DNA from: Mizuhopecten yessoensis
Taxonomy: Eukaryota
Direction: 5' to 3'
Assembly: GCF_002113885.1 (NCBI RefSeq)
Contig: NW_018408679.1
Span: 234,324-298,323, forward strand
DNA: 64,000 bases
Positions 41,901-53,900 of the stretch are shown here, piece after piece. Both the position numbers and the translations under genes were made by a program. Under the pieces are notes generated by a model. That model saw nothing but the letters and a program-made list of their open reading frames with translations. It did no database searches and had not been told where the DNA came from. Within the stretch, counting starts at the first letter, position 1. Every line of letters begins with the position of its first letter.

Positions 41901-44900
41901 CTTTTGACGTCGCTTGCAACGTCATAATTTCTAACGTTACTTTTAAGATTGATACCGGCGGGTAACATATGTATATTAATTTTAACTGCTTATTTCTGGC
42001 TTCACTCCAGAAGTTAGGGTTAGGGTTTGAGCATGAGTGTAAAGGGTTAAGTCATACACAAATACTGAAATGTAAAACAAATAGGGTTCCATATGACCAT
42101 GGTACAAATAATACTTCTGTACTTTTGAACTTTGAAGACTAACATCTCTACAGTTTTCTACCGGTTATAGCTGTGACAAAAATATGTTTACGACAAAATC
42201 TTGAATCAGTATTCACAAATCTATACCACTTTGTAATGACCATGACATACATGAAATAAAATAGAGATTTGACGTTGCAAGCGTGGTCACTGTCTTTTAC
42301 GTCGCAACTTTGAATGTCAGTCATGCCCAGCTCAACGAGTTTTTAATGTATTGAAGAGATAATATCTAAAAAATGCAACGAAGAAAACAAATCAAGAAAA
42401 TCATGGCTTTCTGTGTTACGGATTAATTGCAATTTTTATTTCTCTTTAGCGTATATATTCTTACGACACTTTGGTCAAAACTCGTACAGGAATTAAAGAT
42501 AAACTTTATTTATTTTACAACAATATGAAACAACATATTTCAGCTTATATATTATTTTAAATTTTTTTTGGGGGGGGGGGTTATTGGAGGAAACTGGGTA
42601 CCCAGAGAAAACCAACGGGATCGGGCAGGTGACCCTATATCTGTTCCCGTCTGGTTGGGGAATTGAACCCCGGCCGCCTTGGTGAAAGGCAAGTGCGCTA
42701 TCCACTTCACCATCCAACCACTCAGTACAGTATAATCATGTGTAATAAGTATTTGACCATTCTATTTTAGTTGAATATGCTGGTATACTTAGCCTCAGAC
42801 TTTCCCCATGTAAATATTGGAGGTTGATGAGGTCACTTGTTCCAACAGTACCATTTTTCATTTGAATGAAAAAGTTAAAAATCTTGCTGTTTTAATTTAG
42901 TGATTGTTTTTCTCAAAAATTTGTTAAACATCATTTTCAGAAAACAAAACAGTCAGTTTAGTTAAGGCACAGAATATGTTTTTCCTGTATTCAATACTGG
43001 TTTTTTTTTGTAGATAATAAATAACTGTTCATTTCTCATCAATTTATTGGCCAAGGAAAATTTCAATACTCAAATCACATCACTGCACATTTTGGCCTCA
43101 CCTTCTACCTCCAGTAAACACTTTGACATGATGAAAACCCTAGAAAACTTGTACATCCACAGAAAGACCGTCCTTAGGCCAGTACAAATGGACTGAATAT
43201 ATAGTCACTTAAATGCACTATTAGTCTAAAAAGTAGATTTTAAACACAGTATGTCATCATTCCTTTGTTTGGATAGATCACCAATATGCGCTTAATTACA
43301 TCTAGTGTAGGCAGAGAAGGTCCCTGGCCTTTATCACCACTTTCTAGAAAACCTTCAGGAATGGCTTTGCCTATCATAACTGGTCTCACATCAGTCTCCT
43401 CCCCGCCAAGTGCAGGTTTCACTTTTAGTTCCCCTAAAATGAACATTTAATATACATATCAACAGAAAGTATATGCATTAAAAACCAATTTATATATACC
43501 TGGTATATAAATATCAGTTTGAAGTGCGCTCCGGGCGCGGGTCGCATATTTCCCGCATATTATAGAGGGCCGGAGTTCTGACGTTAATCGACGACAGACC
43601 GATATTAAAAAAGTCGATAAAACGTCAGAATAATTCGGACTAGATTTCAGGGGGCTAAATTACCGAGTTACCGTGGGGTATTTAAGTTTTATGAGCATGA
43701 ACCTCTCGGCGTGTCACATATGTCTACATGTAAGTAGGACTTCGACCGTATAGCTGAATACGACCAGCCCGGATCATATTGCTGCATAAACATTGATTCA
43801 CTGACATGCTGTTGTGCATGTGATGGTATAATCAATTACGTTAACAATGAGACCTCTATATTACTTTATATTAAACAAGATGGTGCCCCTAAAAAGTTCA
43901 GTTTATGCATAATCTATGGCAAAATAACAAAAGAAAAGTTTGATGAATTGATATTTGATATGAAATCCATTACTATCTCGCTAAAGATTGATGAGTCGTA
44001 TAGAACACGTATAGAGACATATTGGTCAGAAAAGATTTTACCAACGATCAAGCGCGAGGGTGTTTTACAAAAAAGATTGAAAAACAACAATTGCAAATCA
44101 ATGAATCACATGCTCAAGTTTCAAACTTATGAAATTCCCGATCGAATTCAGGGTTTATGTACTTTATACTATTCATCAGTCTCAATACTATGATTTACCA
44201 CGTAATAAAAATTAAGTCTAAGCTCGTGCATGGTGTACGTAGAAAAATGAGTTCCCGAGCTTTTTCAGCATGCAACAATCGCAATACCTTTGATGGTCGT
44301 TGGTACCAGTGCCTATGAACTGGCCGCGCACGCGCAAAATTTCCAGCTTAGTTGTCTTGCGGGAATTGTCAACATTTGATAAAGCTCTAAAAGTTAAAAG
44401 TTCCCAAAACATGTGTGCTAGAAAACCGACTTTTGTTTTTACTTCTACGAATGATATGTTAACAATACCGCAGGAATCGCTAAAAATATGAAAAAACAGA
44501 CGGTATTAAGCATTAAGCTTTATTAAAAGTTATTTTTTATCTTATTTTTATTTATAAGTCTACAAATAAAAACGCAGTTTTTATATGTTTTAAAACACAT
44601 TACATATATATAGTCACACGAACATATATTACGGACAAAGAGTCCGTAGCGGTCTGATAACTTCTACAAAGAATGGAACTGGAAAAAAATCATCCATGGA
44701 ACTGAAATAAAATCATCCATTATGATGAGGAAAACAACAAATAATAAAACAAACAAAATGCTAAACCAGTGTTTACACACCAATATAATCCGGAGTGGCC
44801 GTGTTCAGCTATGCGAAGTCCTTATATATGTGTGCACACATGTGTGTAGTCCGAATTATTCTGACGTTTTATCGACTTTTTTAATATCGGTCTGTTGTCG

Positions 44901-47900
44901 ATTAACGTCAGAACTCCGGCCCTCTATAATATGCGGGAAATATGCGACCCGCGCCCGGAGCGCACTTCAAACTGATACTTTAGAAACAAATCGTCACTTT
45001 CATACACATGTCCCACATGGATCGAAAGATCTATTCTTTATACACTAGGTGGTATCAATAACATGTTTCAAAAAACATTACGAAAAGTATTTTCCAACGT
45101 TTTCTATACCAACCCATTTTTTTAATGGAAATTAGGCCATGAGCAATGTCACATGACTTGACGAGATCTCGAAATACCAACATTATGACGTAGGCCGGCG
45201 AGATTTTAGTCATGTGACATTAGAAGGCGGGGCTACCAAAAAACTAGAGTAAAACAGAGTAAGTTTGAAGAAATATGTTTTTAGTGATTGTATTGGTTGA
45301 GGCATGCTATGTATGTTCATCTTGTACATAAAGAACAGAGCTTTCGATCCATGTGCGACATGTGTGTGAAAGTGACGATTTGTTTCTAAAATATCAGTTT
45401 GAAGTGCGCTCCGGGCGCGGGTCGCATATTTACCGCATATTATAGAGGGCCGGAGTTCTGACGTTAATCGACGACAGACCGGTATGAAAAAAGTCGATAA
45501 AACTTCAGAATAATTCGGATTAACATGTGTGATACGCTGTAAATTTTCATACTTTTACATGTACATCGTAAAATTTATCTCACGATAACTCTGTCAATGT
45601 TTTCAAATATCAAACTGAAATTTGGTATAAAAGTGTGTTATAGCACGGAATTATCTAAGTCCGTGGTTATAGTCATATGAATAACATATCGTCTGATGTT
45701 GCTTACTTTTATAAAAAAAAAAATAGGGATATAGTTTGAAGACGCTTCACGATCTGCGGAGTTCAATTCGCACACGTGTTCCACGACGCCAATCGTAAAA
45801 AATAAATTCACCATAACTCGGTCGTTTTTTCATATATCTACCTAAAATTTGGAGTATATATCAATAAAAGTCTTATTCATAACATATCCTCTGATGTCGC
45901 TTACTTTAGTAAGAGTTTTTAAAGATATTGTCTAGTGACGCTTTCTTAACTTTACAGGTTATTACACACACTTGCCACGCCGCAGATCGTAAAATTCAAT
46001 TCATCATAACTCGGTCAATTTTTTAAATATCAAATTGAAATTTGATATAAAGGTGTATTATAGTCATATTAACAACAAATCTTCTGATGTCGCTTACTTT
46101 ATTCGGTATTTTTATAGTTTTTGTCTGGCGACATTTGTCGCTTTCTATTCATTAAAAGCATTTGGTCATTTATCTCATTATACAATAAAAAATACACATA
46201 TTTTTCTTAATGTTTACATACCTCATATTTTACAGCATGTTTTTCTTTCTTCTGGGTGTTCCCTAGCTGCGGTAACGTAGCTTTCTGACGACGACATTTT
46301 TTTAATCGGGGCAGAGGAGGCCGGGTATTAATATTAGTATTAAGTGTTCCCATGCATCCGAAGAACTGCATCAAAAATGCGTCCTTACATCCTCGACATG
46401 ACTTGTCGATTGACTTATTTGTGTTTTGAAACTGCAAGTCACATTGTATAAATGTAGACGTGCAAGTTAGCCTGCACCCCCTTGTCCCACACGCCAGAAC
46501 TTGGCCAACATTTAGCACGATTACTAGCCGAAGAAACGGGAAAGAAGTGACTGAACAGATCGTCTAGCTCTGCAGCGATCACACTATCACATAAATTCAT
46601 ATACTTTAAATTGGGTGGAAGATAGGCTGCTACATCTCACAAGTTTAAACGCAGCCACTGTGTCTGTCATCTTCCATAGCGAATGTAAACAATCTACCGG
46701 AAGTGTGAGCACCAGAAAACGGAAATCCCTGTCGCTTGGATATTTAAGTCAATTTGATTAATTATTGATATCTAAAGTGTATGATATTGTTTGAATAATT
46801 AAGAGATAGCTTTCTAGTTTCAGTAGTTACATTATATGTATATGTTTTGTGAATAATACAAGTTATATAGTACATTTTTGTAAAACAAGTGAGATTTCCG
46901 TTTCCGCGCGAAACAGAAATAGAATAGAAATATGACGTCTGTCGGAATTCCCGTTTTTCTCCCTTTTCATTAGCTAGAAGTTAAGGACCCAAATCCCAGC
47001 CGGCGGCTCAATTATATATTTTCCAGTTTTGTCTTCGTTTCATTTGCCACACTGACACGTATCAAAATGGAAATATTTCATTATTAACAAAGCCGTCTAT
47101 GTAAAAACGTTAAGTTGGTTCAGTTTTATAGCGGTCTTAATACAAAATTGAATCATTATCTGTAACTACAGAATTACGCCGGTATATAATAACCGGTGTA
47201 AAGTTGTGTGGATTAACCACACTTGACACAGTTCGGTATAAAACACAGGTTAATACACGGCCTACAGACACAGCTGATTGGGTTAAATGCTCACCTAACA
47301 CGATATGCGCATTTTGATTATACTTATAATAGACTGCATACACTGCCGAGCACGTCCTCTCCAAACAGTAGGCACAATCGTCTGGCTGTATCATTATCTT
47401 GTCAGGATCTATATTGGATTTAATTATGTACGAGCTAAAAGTTCCAATTTTTAGTAGCGACAAATCGATATCACCAAGGTTTTTATTAAAACGTGACAAC
47501 CACATTTATTAGCTCTCCAGTCGTTGCCAACTTGATTGAAAATAGAGACATTTTATCTACAGTGACAAACACATGAAAGGTTATAAAAGAATGAGTTCTG
47601 GCAACTTTAATTTCGTATCTTTTCCTGTCGATATTACGTATTAATACCATGCCTATATGGTATGTGAATGGCTAATGTTAAATTTTTGCACGATCAAGTT
47701 TTGTCAGGTCCTGAGCGTAAACTATTAGTTTTCTTTGTTTTAACATGTAAAACCACATCAAAGTTACTATGATATTATCTTTAAACTTTGAAGATATGTT
47801 CTACTGAAAGCCTTTTGTCTGTTTTAGCGAAGCAAATCTTTTGAATCTTACTTTTAGAATATCAATACACAGAAATATAACAGGGGGTGTTCTAGGAAGT

Positions 47901-50900
47901 TTGGTTATGTACTGTTTTTATGTAAAAAATAAAATAAAAAACGTTTCCTCTGAAAATTAACAACGTTTATACCTATGTATGTACAAACAACTCATTGAAT
48001 ACATTTTACTCGATCTAAAACTGATTTAATGACACTGGCAGGTAATATTGTCGCCATAAGCCCAGTTTATAAAACTCGTAGCTCTAAAATAAGGCGTTTG
48101 TTATTTGTATAGAACCCCATGTATTATTTCAGTGTACATCTTACACTGTACTTATAATCACATGAAGCTGTAAGTTTATATATGTACCTACCAAATTTAT
48201 TAAAACCACGCTGAAATGAGTCTTAAAATTTATAATAAATTTATAATAAATGAAAAACATTTAACGTTGGCAATGTATGGGCATGGCATAAAATACTGCA
48301 TAGTGGCTTTTTTGGAGCATCTACATAAAGCTTATTCAAGTACAAAACGAGAAAGATAAACTATCCCCTGTATCATCCATGCGTGTGAAATTAGGTAATT
48401 CCTTTAGATGTGTCAAGATCTGGTTATATTTGGAGAGATGCTGTTTCAGCTGGTTAAACTTAAACGCATCGAATGTGTGTTCTTTTGGTGGTTCTTAACT
48501 TTTAATTTCATCATCAACCAGCATTACAACAGTATTACTTGTCATACTTGCCGTTGCTGCCCAGTACCATACTGTGTAGGAAATATTAACGTTGTCTGGC
48601 TTTCTGCGTTGAGGTACTCAACATTTTACCACCACCACCACCACCACCATTAAGTAGAATTAAAACAGGGAAATTTGTCAATATTACAATCCAGTCTCAT
48701 TAAAACGAACTGAAATATCTCGATTAATATTGGTTGTGTGGCACTTCATTGTCATATACTCATCATCTCGACCTTGACGTACAGTTCAATGTTAATTATT
48801 TGACTAGAATATGTGGGAAATCCGGCTCATCCTGACCACGACACAGAGGCAATCGCAACGTATCCTTAACAGAATAGATTTTGTTCATCTTGACTTCAAA
48901 ATAAAAAAAAAGCTATATTTTTATAAACCAGAATATGTGGAACTTCGACATCACGAGGCTTAAATATACTTACATTTTTTCGAAGTGGAGACAGCAGTTG
49001 TAAACGAAAAGGACCAGCTCCACTAGAGTGTTCTTGTACTGACGGAACGACCGCATCTCCTTCATGATTACTGGGTCAACCTGTGACATCTACAGAGAAA
49101 CAGGCGTTCAGCATCTACACATTGCAATAGTAGTAGTTACAATATTTGTAAAGCACCCTTCCAGTTGATAGATACAAAAGAACATCTTAAAGTGCAACAT
49201 TTATTGAGATAAAAATATGACCACATAAAAACAGCACACGATCCTCATGCTGATTTGCCCGAAACGTTCCGTAGGCGATGATGCATCTTTTCAAAACAGA
49301 CGGTAAGGCGACAGACTGCGACCCAAGTGTTTTTGTTGTATGTGCTCCCCTATCCTTCACTATCACGGTACACAACACCGAAACAGAACGTTTGAGGCGT
49401 CAAATAACAAGTACATCATCAAATACAAACGATACCATCACATTCACATACAGCAGCTATTTACACATGAAATCCCCTACTAAAGTACATATAATGCTAA
49501 AGGGCAGATCCCTTACAAGAACAGTTATTTCAAATTAAATCTGTGTTGTTTCATCGTCATCGATATGAAATTTTGAACATTTCGGGCCTGCAATTAAATG
49601 TTACTAGCGTTCGGTCGCAGAACATTTCTACAGACTGTATAACACAAAACAAGCATGCGTACACTCTAGCACGAATTTCTGTTTCTATATACTACCCTAT
49701 ACAAATATACGGTGTATATATAGTGGATAGTTCATACATTATAATATTATCTCCTCCTGTTTCACCTCAACCACGAAAACCACCAATGCACATTCCCATG
49801 AAGGTGTTATAGAATATTTTGTGCTGATAATAAGAAGGGCCAAAACCCGCAGTTTTAAGAATGTTTTTGGCAGTACTGTATTTGCGTTTCGGATTTCTGT
49901 GAAAGTAATACAAATTGATCACATTTATCGTGACTAAAAGGTTAATTGATGATACTACTGCAAAAACACAATATGTAAAATATGATTCCTATCAATATTT
50001 AATATCAAAATGTAAGTACATAAGATCATGTTTACATGCTTACCCAATCGTTTGCGTCACAGCCGACTGCATTGATGATGTCGATCATGGTGCCGCCCGT
50101 ACCACCGAAGGTTGGAACTCTGAAATAAAGAAAAAAAAACACTCGTTATGCCTACTGATACAAAACATAACGACATCATTTTAATCCGGGGAAATTATAT
50201 CATGTTTTCAGTTTATTTGAAATATTGGAAAAAAAATACTTGAATGCGTCATTAAGGAAATGACGTCTAATACATAATGAGACCAGAAGAAAATCACTGT
50301 ATATCACACGATTTGTTCATTGATGGAATTCAAAGTAAAACATTTTGGATTTTTTGGAATTTCAGTTTTTCTCCTAAATAGGAAAAACATTTGTTGGCTT
50401 GTTCAAATACAACGATTTCCTAAATACGAAAATAGCGAAATGACGAGATAATTAAACCCAATTTGAGTTGTTACCTTAATTAGAACAATGAATTTCCGAT
50501 AACAAGGAAGCCCACTGTTCGATAAATGATATCACTAGCACTTTTCACCGTTATCAACCGTAAGAATCTCATAAGAGGATATTATAACATAGCTAATTGC
50601 AGAGTTTTATGCTATCGGTACACTTACCCCAGTTTCATGTCCCGGAGAACGTCCGAGCCAGCGATAAGAACAAACCGAAGGCGCTTCTCGTTCGCCCAGA
50701 AATAAGGATGTCTGTAACCAATGTTAAAGCCAGGAGTTATATCTAAAACCTTATCCAACCATGAATGTTATAAGTTTGTTTCAGGTTCACACACTCCAAC
50801 GCTCTCGATACGTTTTCAACACTTACCTGAAGTATACCAATATTACGATGTTGTGTTTTGTTTTGACCTTTACGTAAGCATTGAAACTACATAATCATGT

Positions 50901-53900
50901 TGTCAGTAACTCCATATTTTCTATTCTATAACATTTTCCGTTATGTTATCACGTTTCTTTAGGGGCAACAGTAAACATGTAGCGTCCAAAAGTCGTTGCT
51001 TGCATTGTTTTCTTTAGACTTATACATTCATCTTATTTATTTGCTAGTTATCAAACAAAACTTGTGATTCTTTCTTTTGTATCTTGTGCTTAAAATATAT
51101 TGAATAGACCAACACTGGTATGTTGACGCCTTTGTAAAACTTGTGATATTTCCTTTCTCCGTATGCATTAGCTTTCTGATGAGTCTCTTGTTATATGACA
51201 TGATGTGTCAAACTAATATCTTTTTAAGGTGACTTACTTGAGCAGATCCCCTACGCAAGATCGGTTTTGCGGTGGCATACAAAGCATGTTAGACAGCAAA
51301 TCGTGGATCTCGTCGCCGAGGTATTTGATGTCCGGCCAGTTTTGGTGGATGCCGACCTGAATCGCGAGGTTGTTTTCTCCATACGGGTGGTTCCCTCCGG
51401 TCATGATGTAGTACGACAACATACCAGTCACCTGCAATGAGACACAAACGCACAGCAGACGCACCACCGCGCCAACGTACGAGGACATTTATTATAAGGT
51501 GTTTGCAAGCAAGTATTTTAAACTCGAAAAGATCAAGGAATCAGAATGAAATACCGGGACAATACCGTACTATCTATACTTTATACTCAGCAATCAATCA
51601 GTTTATATATACAGTCTGTAACAAACACCTGATTAACATTTAACAAGATACTATTTGTTTAATCTATGATATTATTTGGTGAACCATGATCGTGTATGTG
51701 TTATGAAATAGTTTTTAATTGCTTATCATTTACCAACATCAAAGCTGCAGAAAAATTTCCAAATCAAGTTTCAATTGGCATATATTTTAAAATGACACAT
51801 TGAGAGCAGCTTCATGTGTGAAAAGATTGACAGTATTAACTCAGTTATTTTGCTGTTGTTGTGGTTGCCATGGATATAGATGTCCGGAACTAAGACGTCC
51901 ATACACCTGCGATCCAGTTGTTCCCCGAATCCACAGCACAACTGCAACGAAATCAACTCGGAAGAGAAGACAATCAGAAACGACAAAACAAATGTGTACT
52001 CTAATTTAATTATTATTCGGGCTGTCTGATAAATGAAGATGAGGCGGTAGCCACATTGATTCGGCATTTTATTGGATTATAGGTACAACACCATGTCAGT
52101 CTGTTAATACACAGTAGGAAGCATTCAAACACAAACAAACAAAATATGTTAAATAGAGTTTTTCTTTTTAAAGACCTCGCTTTTTGTGAAAGTATCACAT
52201 ATCATGAAATATTTTATTTCAAAGTGTTGTAACAGTGGTTTATCTTGTAGATTAACAAATCAACAAACGCTGACGAAAGTCCCGATTTATTTCATTGTTC
52301 ATGCTCTGTCACTTCAAGAACATAGTATGTGAAAACAGCCTATTTGTGGAACTGGTCATACTGATAGTTCATGGGTAATATCCTTACAGTGTATTATTAC
52401 TATGAATAAACTCTTAGCTGCGTCCAGCATTTATGAAAATTACACTTATTTTGATGAACATCTTCTTGTAGTTCAAACAAGAACAACACAATGCTTCCTG
52501 ATAGATATTTCAAAGGCTTATCCCTAACCTACTTTGGTGGTTTCCGCCTCTACCATTAGCTAGCAAAAAGCTATACGCTAATTGTTCTGAAGCATGAGAA
52601 GCATACAGATACACATTACCAGTGTGTGAGATTGGATGACAACAACAATAATTGAATTTAGATCGCGTGATAAGTAAGACCATAAATGTACGTAATGGAT
52701 GCCGTGTAGATTGTATAACCAGGTTACCGTTGTGATGGACAAACTTTGCCCGACGTACCGTACCTATTGGATCGCATCGCTTTGTTCGTGAAGATGACAT
52801 TCATCAGCATTAGTTTAATGCCAATTACGAAAGTGTTAATAAGTGAATTTGACTATCAACTAGCCTAGGTGATAACAATAAAACTTGTTAGATACTTTAT
52901 CTTTACTTGGAATACAGAAGTATCAAATATTGATTATGTAAGGTGTTTCAAACAATAAACAGTAATTGAGTACATAACCAAACATCATTTGATTGTCGTT
53001 CTACTGTTCCCTATCAATTGCTCCCATATGTATAGGTTGGGATCATGCAAATCGTTCTTAACGAAAGAGGAATTGTAGACATAAATGTTTCAAATTGAAG
53101 CAGACCGCTATTTTACCTTGGAATGAAGACCACACCTAGTGTGAGACGTCAGACGATCATGGTATACCCTGGGTAAAGATGTGCTGGTAGATTTAACATG
53201 TACAAAGTAATCATATCCTGTGAAAGGATATATTGGTAAGTCTAAAGTGTAGGACATATTTGTCAGTTCAGCCTAAGATGTATGGCCATACGACTTTTTC
53301 ATATGCAGAGGCTAAAGATAAAAAAAAGTCTACCTGTGGGGTTTTCAAATTGAGCTAAACACGAAATTTGACAAGATTTTTTGCCCCATTTTTGAAATCC
53401 CTACACTACAACCGAAGAGTATTTTTCTATAATTCTTGTCGCTAGAATTACCTCTGAAACCTTGATAAGGTGTTTGGATCTGTTCATATTTGTAAAATAT
53501 TAACCATTGCTTTATGCTTTTTGAACAAAACGAAATGGTCAGCGAGATTTAGTATACGGCATTCCACCAAAAGTTCCACCTTTTTTCTAACTACTCCGAT
53601 TAATAAATTATTTTAGTTTTGGATTTCATTACGGAGGCAGTTTCCACATCGCTGCATCAGAGTTTCCAAATTTTGTGGCGTCCACCTGTGTCATCACGCA
53701 CATAAAAAAGACGTTACAAAATGTCCTACACATCTTTATTGCCCAGAACTATTCTATCATACACGCAAAGGAATGAGAGAAATATATGCATACCTAAGAA
53801 ACGTAAAACATCGTTTAAACATGTAGAAGTCGGGTACGTCATACATGTCAGGCAATTACATTACGTAAGGAAATATCTATAAGTCGAGTTAAGAAGCTAG

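Larger units (their letters stand above)
41720..47009. mobile_element. 5.3 kb TIR element (GAG...CTC termini; Sola-like, inferred) carrying nested insertions
   Basis: GAGCCGCCGGCTGCGATTAGGGTCCTTAA at 41720 pairs with TTAAGGACCCAAATCCCAGCCGGCGGCTC ending 47009 (27/29 match); 4 bp flanks AGTT and AATT. Confidence 0.7.

Noticed and set aside
42640-42720. tRNA-Glu-like sequence with A and B boxes
   Set aside because: No complete acceptor stem; it runs into a SINE body and has decayed copies at 8752 and 18390, so it is a SINE head and not a tRNA gene.
43510-44978. Reading TIR copies 1 and 2 as the ends of a 1.47 kb element enclosing the transposase remnant
   Set aside because: No TSD flanks that pair; the 9 bp TSD shows the true termini are 44847 and 45522.
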